A stretch of 64,000 nucleotides of DNA. Source: Octopus vulgaris (taxonomy: Eukaryota). Position numbers and translations under genes: made by a program. The stretch lies in the NCBI GenBank assembly GCA_951406725.2, contig OX597821.1, positions 30,504,001 through 30,568,000 of the forward strand, read 5' to 3'. The notes under the pieces are model-generated. The model searched no databases. It was not told the DNA's origin and was given only the letters and a program-made list of their open reading frames with translations. Below are positions 52,355 through 64,000 of this stretch, in pieces. Each line of letters opens with the position of its first letter. Position 1 is the stretch's first letter.

Positions 52355-54070
52355 CGTACGTATATATGCATGTATAAATTGTAAGGATTTGCGTATGTAT
52401 ATTTCTACTCATTCACGCGTGCACATCCCAGTCACGAACGTATAAAGGAATATGGTACCTTAAAGTGTATCGTAATCATGAGCATATCACTTCGAATTGT
52501 TATATAGTTGTTACCTGAATTAAGAATTTAGAAGCACGAATCATATTTCACTAAGTAACATTTCTTGTTGCCACAGAAAGTACGCAGAAGCTTCCAGCTG
52601 TGGGTATTGAATATAAGTTAGTATAAAAAGCCAAAGTACCGCATTCAGATTTTTAACTCGCTGAAAGTTTACGACATCCGTTTATGAGGCAATTAATATG
52701 AGTAAATGAGTTGTTTTAATGCCTGAGTTTACCGTCACGTCAGGTAAATAGATAAATATCAGAGATGGTGAAAATAAATGATGAGTTAGTGATAAGAAGA
52801 GTTCTATTTTGTTGCTCATTTTGAAGGAAACATACGATAAAATTGAAAACAAGACTGGGAAAACTAAAGATAGGATATCATGTTGGGTTAGTTTGCTATT
52901 TCAGTTTTAATGTACTTAATTAGGCGTTGCTTTACAACTCCTACATTTTAGTAGTTTCTCCGAAGGTGTTCTAGTTATACTTCTCTTCTATATCTTGCGA
53001 GGCTGGCATGTGTTAAAATTATGACGTTTAAACAGATATTTTTACAATATCAGTAAAGTAGTTCGTCTCTATAAAATGTTTCAGTTTCGTAGTATATTGT
53101 CTGTTTTGCATATAATCTCCTGCATTGCGGACAGTAAAAAGTTCGTGTCTCAGCAGGTTGTTATTCTTACTTATGTTGGCTAATGCGATTTAGATGTATT
53201 TTATGATAGGAATACGGATTTGCTAAATCTTTAAACGATTTCCGATGATTAGTCTTCTATAGCGATGATTGATCGGAAATTTACAAGGTATTAGTTTGGG
53301 GGATTTGGATACGATAGTAACGTTAACATTTAAAGAAAAACTTGGTGTGAAGTAGAAGATAATGCAATGACCATTATTAGTGTCGCTGGGAAGACATGAT
53401 AACATATCTATGTAAGCGTGTATTAGAAACCACAGTGTCTTTAATGTTAGAGCCAGGCTGTTACAGACTGTTATCTATAAAACAGAATTAGTATGGTATT
53501 TATTTTATTTTAAGTCTTACACGATTTTGTGCTATGTTATGATTAGACTACAATTACAATGACACTGCAACTCAAACATTATTATGAATATTATGCATGT
53601 TGAGGATGAATGTAAGGGGTGCAGCCAAATTGTTATGAGACAATACCCTCATATATGTTTACACACTCACACAAACACACACATAAACACACACAGATAC
53701 ACACATACATATATAGGACGGGCGTCTTTCAGTTTCCAACTTCAAAATTCATTTACAAGGCATTGGTCGACCCGGTATATATATATGTGTGTATGTATAT
53801 ATATATATATATATGTGCTGTTTGTTCCTGCTCGAGCCATGCCTGGCTCATAAGCGATGGTTTCCCAGTTTCATTGGCGTATAGCTTCGCCACCGTCGAA
53901 GGTGAACCGCTAGATGGAGGAGGAAAGACTGGTTCACCATTACCTTCTGCCGGAGCCGCGTGGAGCTTAGGGATTTCGCTCATAAACACACACATTGCCC
54001 AGTTTCAGATTCGAACATGTGATCCCTCGACCTGGAGTCCGCTGCTCTAACCACAAGGCCATGTGCCTCC

Positions 54071-54121
<51 letters not shown>

Positions 54122-54135
54122 CATACACACACACA

Positions 54136-54183
<48 letters not shown>

Positions 54184-54340
54184 GTTCTATATTTGAGAGA
54201 TGAGGAATTATGTACATTATTTACATTACTTATATTTGACGGATATTTGTCCTCATCTTGTTTATCATTAACACAACTTTCAGCTGACCTACTCTCCATC
54301 CTTCATCAAGTGTCCTGGGGACGTGTATATATACATATAC

Positions 54341-54373
<33 letters not shown>

Positions 54374-54468
54374 TATATACATACATACACACACACAGAC
54401 ACACACAGACACACACAGAGACACACACAGAGACACACACAGACACACACAGACACACACGCACACAA

Positions 54469-54514
<46 letters not shown>

Positions 54515-54825
54515 GTTCTGATGGAAGTAATATATCGCTACAGAAGCGATATGCCATATGAATTTCAGCCATGTTGGGCCTTGTCATCCACGTGCCTAGT
54601 CGAAATTTTCCCCTCCGATATAGGAAACTGTATAGTACATTGGCTTATGTTGCGAATAGGTGGTGGGTTGCATAAAATTCCAGTATAAAATAATTGAGAT
54701 TATAGTAATTTGAAATAGCAAATGATGGTTCATATCTAATGTGTATACGCCGTTGACAAACTCGTTACTACGTTTTACATTCGAGAAAACCTATTAAAAC
54801 ACGGTGTGTTCAAAAACTGTGATAT

Positions 54826-54867
<42 letters not shown>

Positions 54868-55673
54868 TTAACTTCCCGATGGCGATCAGCAAGGAGCTCG
54901 AATTTCGGCCTTGTTAGACTATTTTAATTTAATATTACCTGAATTACATCTGATTTCTATTCAGGCCGGTGGCTATTCGCAATGTCACTGAATCTATCAC
55001 CCACTGTTCCTAATGTAAAAAGAAAAAATCTCATATAGGCGTGAGTACACGTCATCGATTGAACTACCAAGGCCAGAATTCCTCTGGCTTCTCACCCTAC
55101 GCTGCCAGGACGATATTGTATATTTATATTACGTCCCATTTATAATAGACTTTATCTAGAATGAAAATCGAATAGTCATCATCATCAGCGGTATAGATAC
55201 GTTAAGTAGGATACATACCTATTTATTTTATCATAGTCTAAGGTAATATTTTCTCGATTGCGTACACTTCATACACGTATATTTCATTATGTGTGCGTGT
55301 ATGCACATAAATAACGTGTTATATAAAGAAGAGTGTACTTGTATATTTTGGTGTGCAAAAACTATAAAAGTCACTTTGAATTTTCGATTGTCGCCCCTGT
55401 TAGAGTAACATAAGTTCAAAAGCCATTCAGACAAAATTCCTGTGTCGTTGTTATGTTTTAATAGCCTATTCATACTTGCACCCATATGTGTATATGTATA
55501 TATACATATGTGTATATGCATGCATCGAATGCTTGTATGTATGTATGTATGTGTTGTATCGCATGTTCGACGTATGATATAACGGTACAATAATAATGTC
55601 CTCGCAAATCGTTCTGCTCATGATATTGGTAATGACCCTCGACAATACGCAACTCTCTGCTTACACTCTACTG

Positions 55674-57500
55674 CTTTTTTATTAGCCACAAGGGCTCAAC
55701 ATAGAGGGGGACAAACAAGAACAGACAAGACACCACAAAGGGGACAATACATAAAACGAATATGAAAGAGATGATTATATACCAATGAGATTATGAATGG
55801 CTGCGTGCGCCCCTCATCACATGCTGTATCATTATTTTTTTTTACAGTCCATTATTATCGGGTATTTACATAACAATTAATTAACATGTAACACACCATT
55901 GCAAGTCGCCAATCTGTATATTCTCCAACAGTCCACATCGGGTTCTTGAAGCATTGTCTTTCAAATAAAGAGTCTATCCATTGATAGACTCTCTATCCAT
56001 TGATTCAGTCTTAACGGTAGCACGTCATCCAAGTAGATTACTGGTTCGGACTTTTCAAACTCAACTTTAAGCTGTACCTTTCCCAAATCGTACCTTTTCT
56101 TTTTAACTCCTCATAGCAACTCGGTTCTTTTATAATTGCTTTAGTTCCATCGTTGCTGTAACCCTTAGGCAATTTTACCCGTGTTACTGGCTTCATTTTC
56201 AGGATTTCTGCTTCTGTATATATACTCCTTTGGTATTCTCCATAATACCATCCCTTCTTCTTCTGGTTTTCACTCCCACCTTCATTCCTTTTTTCTTCAC
56301 CTCTCTTCAACTTCACTTTCAGAGGAGACACCTTCTCACTTTCCTCTTCTGTCTTAATTGTCACTATTTTTTCTCCATTACTTCCCATCGCCTATCTTTT
56401 TTCTTTTTCAGCTTCTCCGGTGGAGAATCCCTTCTACGCTTTCTTTTCCGCGGTTTTATCTCCACGAACCCTTCCTCTGTATCAGCTATTTCAGTTTCTT
56501 CTCCACACTCTTCCACGGTTACCTCTCTCTGCATCGAACTATCCTTCCCCTCTTTTTCCTTGTTTCCAGGACAGTCCGCTTTTTTGTGTCCTCTTTCTCT
56601 ACACAAAAACATTTCACAGGTCTGCCGTCTACCACCACATTCAACTTGTTTCCTTCGGGTAATACTATTTCTTCAGTTATTGAGTTCAGGTCATCCAGGG
56701 TGGCTTGAATTTTCATTTCTAACCCGTATCTCCAAAAGTCCACCTTTTGAGTTCTTGTTGCCTTCAATATTTTCGGACTCTGTTTCATGTGGAATAAGAC
56801 TGCCGCCATAATCCAAGTCTCCTCGTATTCGGGTGGGATTTTACCCACACTTACTCACGCCATTCTTTTGCTGCAGTAACTCGGTAGGAATGCCCATTCG
56901 TCGTTCCTAATCGCTTCCACTGCATGCTTTGTTGCTGCTTCCTCAGATGCGAACCAGACTTCTACCACTCCAAATTTCTGAGCTCTCGTTACAAACGTCG
57001 CCAGATGTTTAATATCTTTTAGTTTTTTTTCTATACTCTCAGACGTAGCGGTTTCGATTTTTGCTGTGGATAATTTTAACGTCTTGTACAGGACCGTTTT
57101 TTTTTCTTTTTGTAAACTTTCCGAAAATTCTTTGGCGGTAACAGAGAGAGTGCTGTTCCTTGATGTGTTAACAATTTTCAACATTCTTTAATTCCGTCTG
57201 TTTCTACCTTTACGTCCGTAACTGTTAACGCAGCAATATTGTCACTACCTGTGGCCGCCGTTGCATAGCTCTGGCTCGAGCTATTCGAATTCTCCATTAT
57301 ACAATTGAATTAAACACAACCGAAATATAAGGATACACCCGCACAGGGAAAACATACGACATTCAATGATAATTAATTGACAAACATTTAACATGTATCT
57401 CACAAAAATTAACTCCAACTCTCTCTGACTGACCATCAAATATAACAACTCGAGGCTTTACTCTCTCAAAAGTACGCAACAATTTGCGCTGAAGGCTCTC
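55674..57500 (-). mobile_element. Tx1/L1-like element retaining only a disrupted ORF1 (zinc knuckle) and a 3' tail
   Basis: ATG at 57297 (MENSNSSSQSYATAA), RRM-like VVEVWFASEEAA, DGRPVKCF + LCRERGHKKADC (CCHC split by a frameshift); no EN/RT ORF; ends with AATAAA and an A-rich tail. Confidence 0.7.
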
Positions 57501-57806
57501 TGTGTATTTCCATTTATATTGTGACACAGTCCATTAGTATGTAGCCAATAGGGGCGTTCTACTTCCACACAACAGTATGTATGTATGCATGCAGGTATGT
57601 ATGTGTATGCATGTATGTATGTATACCTATATATAATTATTAGTCACAGAAGCAGTATTAATAAAAAAGCAACCTTTATATCCAACGAAACGTGGAAGTA
57701 TTATTAGAGTCACGGATACTTCGTTGAGAGAACCTCTCATATGGTCACATATGTATTGTCCCCTCTGTCTGTCCTTGTTTGTCCCCCTCTATACTTGGGT
57801 AGTGGT

Positions 57807-58223
57807 GGATCTTTTCGGTTTGAATGACAGTTTTTTTCTAGCGGTGTCGTATGAAATTGTCACACATAATTATGACCCTAGAATCGATCTATTGCATTTC
57901 AATCTATTTTAGGATTAGGGTTAGCGTTAGGGTTAGGGGAGGGGAAGGGTATCATTTTTTTCTTCACAAATGTAAATAAACTCTTAAACGAGTGACATAT
58001 TCATACGGCACAGAATGCTTTTTAACTCAATAGACTTCACTGATTGGTTGAAATTGCGGAAATTGAAGAAAAAAACAACAAATATCTAACAAATTATAGA
58101 ATTTCCTCAATAACGCCAAGAGAAAAAGATGTTTTATAAACACATTCTACCAGTGTATGAAGTTTAAATTATTTTAGCTACCTAGAAATTATGTTAAAAC
58201 TGCCGTTCAAACCGAAAAGATCC
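57807..58223 (+). mobile_element. TTAGGG-containing MITE
   Basis: Same TIRs; inserted in a plus-strand copy of the SINE-C/Tx1-like 3' tail (57750-58240). Confidence 0.88.
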
Positions 58224-58579
58224 CTTGTGGCTAAGAAAGAAATCGAGAACCTCTGATATGGTCACATGATACATAAAAACACAAATTTTGTATCGTTGGA
58301 AGATGGAAATGAATTCGACCTGCTGTATCTCCTCAGTGGCAGGCGCAAAGCATCCGCATAGCAAACAAATATCTGTGACAGTGATATATGCATTTTCAGC
58401 GGCCATTACACTTAATTAAAAAATAATTATTAACGACAAAAGCAATCTTTATATTCTGCCTAAAACTCCGTTATTTCCGTTTATTTCCGCTATTTCCGTC
58501 TTTATCAGAAGTCCTTTCATAGTAACGAAAACTCTATTCGGCTCTTTAGTAATACATCACCGTGATGCTGTATTTAAAG

Positions 58580-58617
<38 letters not shown>

Positions 58618-58694
58618 AAACACACACAAACACACACATATATGTATTAGCGGATTTTCTGTTATGTGTAAGTAGCTGACTATACAGCAGGATT

Positions 58695-59056
58695 GGATCC
58701 TTTCGGTTTGAACGGCTGTTTTTTTCTAGGGTTAGGGTTAGATAGGGCTAGTTAGGGTTAGGGGTGGGGAAAGGGTATCTTTTTTTCTTCACAAATGTAA
58801 ATAAACCCAATCTGTTTCTTAAACGAGGGACATATTCATTTTGCACAGAATGTTGTTTACCTCAATGGACGTCATTGATTGGTTGAAATTGCAGAAATTT
58901 AAGAAAAAAACAAATATCTTACACATTATAGAATTTTCTCAAAAAAACCAAGCGAAAGAGATGTTTTATAAACACATTCTACCAGTATATGAAGATTAAA
59001 ATTTTTTAGTTACTTAGAAAACATGTTAAAAACTGCCGTCCAGACCGAAGAGATCT
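58695..59056 (+). mobile_element. TTAGGG-containing MITE, internally deleted
   Basis: Same TIRs; 8-bp TSD GCAGGATT/GCAAGATT. Confidence 0.85.
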
Positions 59057-59290
59057 GCAAGATTTATTAGAAGTCATAGTACTTCATATGACATCACTTT
59101 TAGTATTTAGCCACTGGAATACCTTTCTACACGTATCTCCGGTATATTTTCAACGTATAGCGCATTTCGTCACAAAGATTTCCGCCGATGATTTACTGAT
59201 TAATGATATATATTTTTTTTTTATACCTACATTGCTACTCGGTGCTTCTGCTTCTTAGGTATCACACAATAATAGATGCACAAAGATTTG

Positions 59291-59719
59291 GGATCTTTTC
59301 CGTTTGAACGGCAGTTTTATCTACCGGTGTCATATGAAATTATCACCCATAATTATGACCCTAGTATCTATCTATTGCATTTCAATTTGTTTTAGGGTTA
59401 GGGTTAGAGTTAGGGTTAGGGTCAGGGTTAGGAGTGGGGGAAGGGTATCTTTCTTTCTTCAGAAATGTAAATAAACCCAATCTGTTTCTTAAACGGGCGA
59501 CATTTTTATACGGCACAGAATGTTTTCACCTCAATAGACGGTCATTTATTGGTTGATATTGCCAAAATTGTAGGAAAAAAACAAGAAATATCTTACAAGC
59601 TATACAATTTTCTCAGTAAAGCCAAGAGAAAAAGATGTTTCTACCAGTATACGAAGTTTAAAAGTGTTTAGTTACGTGGAAATTATTTTTTAAAACTGCC
59701 GTTCAAACCGAAAAGATCC
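59291..59719 (+). mobile_element. TTAGGG-containing MITE
   Basis: Same TIRs; flanking duplication AGATTTG. Confidence 0.88.
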
Positions 59720-61159
59720 AGATTTGAAACGAAGTGCTATCTGATATAATACTGCAGAGTGCGCATCCCTATCATGAGTGAGTGATAGTCCTGGGTTTAC
59801 CAACCTACTCCTCACAATTCCCTATCGAATTGCAAGAATCATTGTATTCAGCGTCTCGATCTACCAAAAATAACTGTGACACATACCACGAATCAAATCG
59901 TAAAAATGAAAGACGTATTTGGTAATCATATCCTGAAAACTATGTTTAGCTCATACACAAGAGAATCATTACGGAGTTTGATCATGAGTTTGCTCAATGA
60001 AGGCCTACATAATTAGCAACAAATCTGTTTCGTCCTTTGTTTCAATGCCCTCCTGCTAGAAATATCAACCAAATATACTTTCAACAATGGTAACCTCTAA
60101 GTAGTAGCAAATTATTTAGTATTGCATACAGGAAATCTGAATTAGAAAAAATAGATGAATTGCTCACGGTTGGAATGTATTTTTATCATATGTCTCCTCG
60201 ATTAAGTCCGACGTGGGTATATATAGTGACCTAGCCAGTACCATCAAATATATCACTAAGGTACACGTGCAATGATATCTTAATAATAGTGTAACTTGAG
60301 ACTGCGTGCGAACTATTAATTAGCTTCTTTTCATATAATGATTACGGCTAGAGTTTATTGCTGACAATTAATTTTGAAATGCCCATCATTAATGACGGTG
60401 GCTTCATTAAGATCGACATTAGCAACACTCAAATTAGCGTAGAGTTTCAACAGAATGTAGTTATGTCGTCCAAAATGTGCACAGGTAGAAATTTTCACTT
60501 AAATATATTTGTATCACTGTTTCTATTCGAAATTATTTTTGCAGTACCCATCCGTTTAACTCACTAACTGTATCTTAAGAAATAAACTAACTGTTGCACT
60601 TTTACGACATTTGCAAATATCAAGTAGCAAGTTCTATTATTGGCAGTCAATATTTAGCACCAGGTCGGCTTTATATGTACCATATAGGATCAAAAACATT
60701 ACAATAATGAACTCATATCTTAGTGTATTTAGATTTCATTAAGCAGTGCAAAGTTTCTGGTGGCAGAAAGCAATCCCGGAGAGATTTGAGTATCATATCT
60801 CCGAACAGATGTCGTAGTTCACTGGTGAAAAATGCCGACTCGTTGTTGAGGAAGCAGGAATGTTGACACGTTCTTAGAAAAATCCCTTTGCTATTTAACT
60901 TCGACTAAAAACAGAATGAGTTGAGAGTGTGATATACAAGCAACTCTATTCAATCAGTGACAGTCATATTTATATTTCCTTGTAGTCTTAGAAGTACTTG
61001 AGTAACTTCAGTGTCATTTGGCTAGTAAATATAGCAGGCTGGATGATCCTGTAGAGACTCCCATGCAATGGAATATATGATATACTATTACCATGAAGTG
61101 TAAGATGGTTTACATACAGATATCTATCTAACTTTTCACTTTTTCGCTGTATCTCCTCC

Positions 61160-62109
61160 TCTCAACATTTCCTTCGTCAGCTCAACATTTCTTAATTTGG
61201 AGTTGAAAGCACTAAAAATCGAACATACCCGTCTGATATGAGTAATCTCAGACAAACCATCTTCAACTGCGGTACTAACAAATTCAAAAGCACGAATGAG
61301 GTCTTGCACTTCTCCCACTTCCATCCACGTGAGTTATCGAGTAAACAATTTTTTACGGTGATAACCGTAGTAAAAGCAGGGGGAGAGAAATTGTATTATC
61401 AATAATAAAAGGGTAAAATTAATTAATTATTAATTAATTTCACCAAGTAGTGTTCGGTATGTAAAAGGACCATTCAAGGTATATTTAAAATATTATGTTA
61501 TATAATTAGGGCTCAGTAAAATAAGTTACTTTACCACACACTAAAACTTTTAGAAATAGCAGCCAAAAAGTTTTTTTAGCCATTTCTTCTACTATAAGAA
61601 AAATCTCCCATACAGTGTTTACTCAAAAAGCGGGAGAAGTGCAATACCTCATTCGTACTTTTGAATTTGTTAGTACTGCAGTTGAAGATGGTTTGTCTGA
61701 GATTACTCATATCAGACGGGTATGTTCGATTTTTAGTGCTTTCAAATCCAAATTAAGAAATGTTGAGCTGACGAAGGAAATGTTGAGTTTCAAATTCAAC
61801 TAATCCAAAAACGTAACGTTCTCAAATGATCTTTGTACATGTGATATTTTGTTATTTTTCCCTCCATATCTACGTGAATTATTTTTGAGTAAACACTGTA
61901 TGGGAGATTTTTCTTATAGTAGAAGAAATGGCTAAAAAAACTTTTTGGATGCTATTTCTAAAAGTTTCAGTGTGTGGTAAAGTAAATTATTTTACTGAGC
62001 CCTAATTATATAACATAATATTTTAAATATACCTTGAATGGTCCTTTTACATACTGAACACTACTTGGTGAAATTAATTAATAATTAATTAATTTTACTC
62101 TTTTATTAT

Positions 62110-62112
<3 letters not shown>
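61160..62112. mobile_element. Doubly inverted pLTR-like repeat with a hammerhead
   Basis: 61160-61320 is the inverse of 61628-61787; ~61398-61627 is the inverse of ~61885-62112; ends in (TA)n. Confidence 0.75.
61763..61825 (+). ncRNA. Type I hammerhead with a G12-to-A lesion
   Basis: TTGAG-CTGACGA-A-GGA..GTTGAG tttcaaa TTCAAC..TCC-A-AAAA-CGTAACG-TT-CTCAA. Confidence 0.6.
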
Positions 62113-62180
<68 letters not shown>

Positions 62181-62321
62181 AACACAATTTTGCTTGACAT
62201 CTGTTTACATGCATATGCACACAAGCACACATCTGTACATAAATCATAAATTCAGAAACAAAAACATTTACACAAACACAGACACGCACAGACACGCGCA
62301 CGCACACACACACACGCACAT

Positions 62322-62383
<62 letters not shown>

Positions 62384-62969
62384 GGAAACACATACACACA
62401 CGCACACACTCAGGCACACACACATATGTATAGAAATTTATAGTTACATGGCGAAGAAAATTATAGAAACGTGTAGAGAAAAACAGAATCTATGTACTCG
62501 ACAGCAGTTTCAGGAAGTTAGACTTACGTGATAATCATATTTTCCATAATTTGCAGATGGAATATGCAAAATAAAATCACGGGCATGCAAAGGGAAATAT
62601 AATCGCATGGAGATACTTCAATAAATCTGGTCCTCCTCATTGAGAGATTTGTCAATGTGGTTCATATAGTATTGAGGAAGATTTAAACAGTTGAAGAAAG
62701 ACAGGAGGTGGAAGATGAACGAAAGGCTGAAAAAAGAAGGAAGATTTCTACGGCATTCATATGAAGAAACGGGAGAATGGAAAAAATGGAGTGAGAAAGG
62801 GAAAAAGTAAATTTAAAGTCAGTGTGGTTAATGTAAATGTCACTGGTGCTCAAGGTAATCTATCTAGGCAAATAATAGAATCATGGGATTAGCAGATCAC
62901 TAAGCCAAAACCGATATACATACATACGAAGATACATTCGCACAAATGCATACACGGAAGGATCATTAA

Positions 62970-63400
62970 TAGGTGTAGGAGTGGCTGTGTGAAAAGTACA
63001 TGGTTCCGAGTTCAGTCCGACTGCGTGGCACCTTGGGCACCTTGGGCAAGTGTCTTCTACTATAGCCACGGGCCGACCAAAGCCTTGTGAGTTGATTTGG
63101 TAGACGGAAACTGAAAGAAGCCCGTTGTATATATGTATATTTATATATATATATATGTGTGTGTGTATGTGTGTGTGTGTGTGTTTGTGTGTCTGTGTTT
63201 GTCCCCCTAACATCGCTTGACAACCGATACTGGTGTGTTTACGTCCCCGTAACTTAGCGGTTCGGCAAAAGACACCGATAGAATAAGTACTAGGCTTCCA
63301 AAGAATAGTCCTGGGGTCGATTTGCTCGACTAAAGGCGGTGCTCCAGCATGGCCACAGTCAAATGACTGGAACAAGTAAAAGAGTAAAGAGTAAAAGAGT
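62970..63400 (+). mobile_element. tRNA-derived SINE, family A
   Basis: Homologous to 5267-5665, with a short deletion in the head and a GGCACCTTG duplication. Confidence 0.85.
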
Positions 63401-64000
63401 ATACACAGTATACACACACGCACACACACACACACACACACAAACATACTCGCATATATATGCGCACGTATACAATTATGAATGTGTAGGTGGGTGGGTG
63501 TTTGTGCAACTCTAAATGTGTGTTATATCAAGATAAATTTTAGCATTTCTACACTATACGTTCCTGAAGCAGGAGTACGCACGCTGCAGTCCATTGAATT
63601 AAACGCAAAGAGACGACGCAACATCAGTTTAAATGATGCTAAATAGAAATGGAAAATATCTTTACCTCGGTTTCTTGAAAAGATTTAGCGACAATAGGAA
63701 AATAAAGAAGTAATGATATGAATTAATATTCAAATAAATAAATAAACAATCCAATAGCAAGATATCTTGAAATCAAAGGAGATATGTTGATTAGAATGAT
63801 TGATATCCAATTTTGAGTGTCAACGTCCAGTTTTGAAATGGCTGATAATGAGATTGTATGTTATGAGAATTTATTTCAAACAACCATTGATTCTTAGATA
63901 AAAGATGAAAAAAAGTGAGGGAAAAAAATTGACATGAAAAAATATTTGAAAAATATGATTAATTGTTGCTACAAAATCTAACATGAGTTTTGAGTAATTG

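Overview
AT-rich, microsatellite-laden animal genomic DNA with no recognisable host gene. The SINE families and repeat landscape suggest an octopus/cephalopod, which is an inference. Almost all short ORFs in the track are microsatellite artefacts. The window is a transposon landscape: a near-complete Penelope-like element (PLE; RT plus C-terminal GIY-YIG, 18520-23142, minus strand) with an inverted pseudo-LTR, further PLE fragments, CR1, R4/Dong-like and Tx1/L1-like remnants, mariner/Tc1 relics, a non-autonomous Helitron, five copies of a telomeric-repeat-containing MITE and three tRNA-derived SINE families. The main unexplained signal is RNA-level: about 18 hammerhead ribozyme (HHR) motifs, read by eye, in short tandem or inverted repeats. 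These include (i) non-circularly permuted, pseudoknotted hammerheads with compensatory base changes at 11.66-12.63 kb and (ii) retrozyme-like tandem repeats of 353 and 479 bp with one intact minimal type I HHR per unit. The PLE also carries an upstream coiled-coil ORF joined to its RT frame by a correctly phased U_UUU_UUA -1 slippery site. Nothing was computed or searched; all structures need confirmation.
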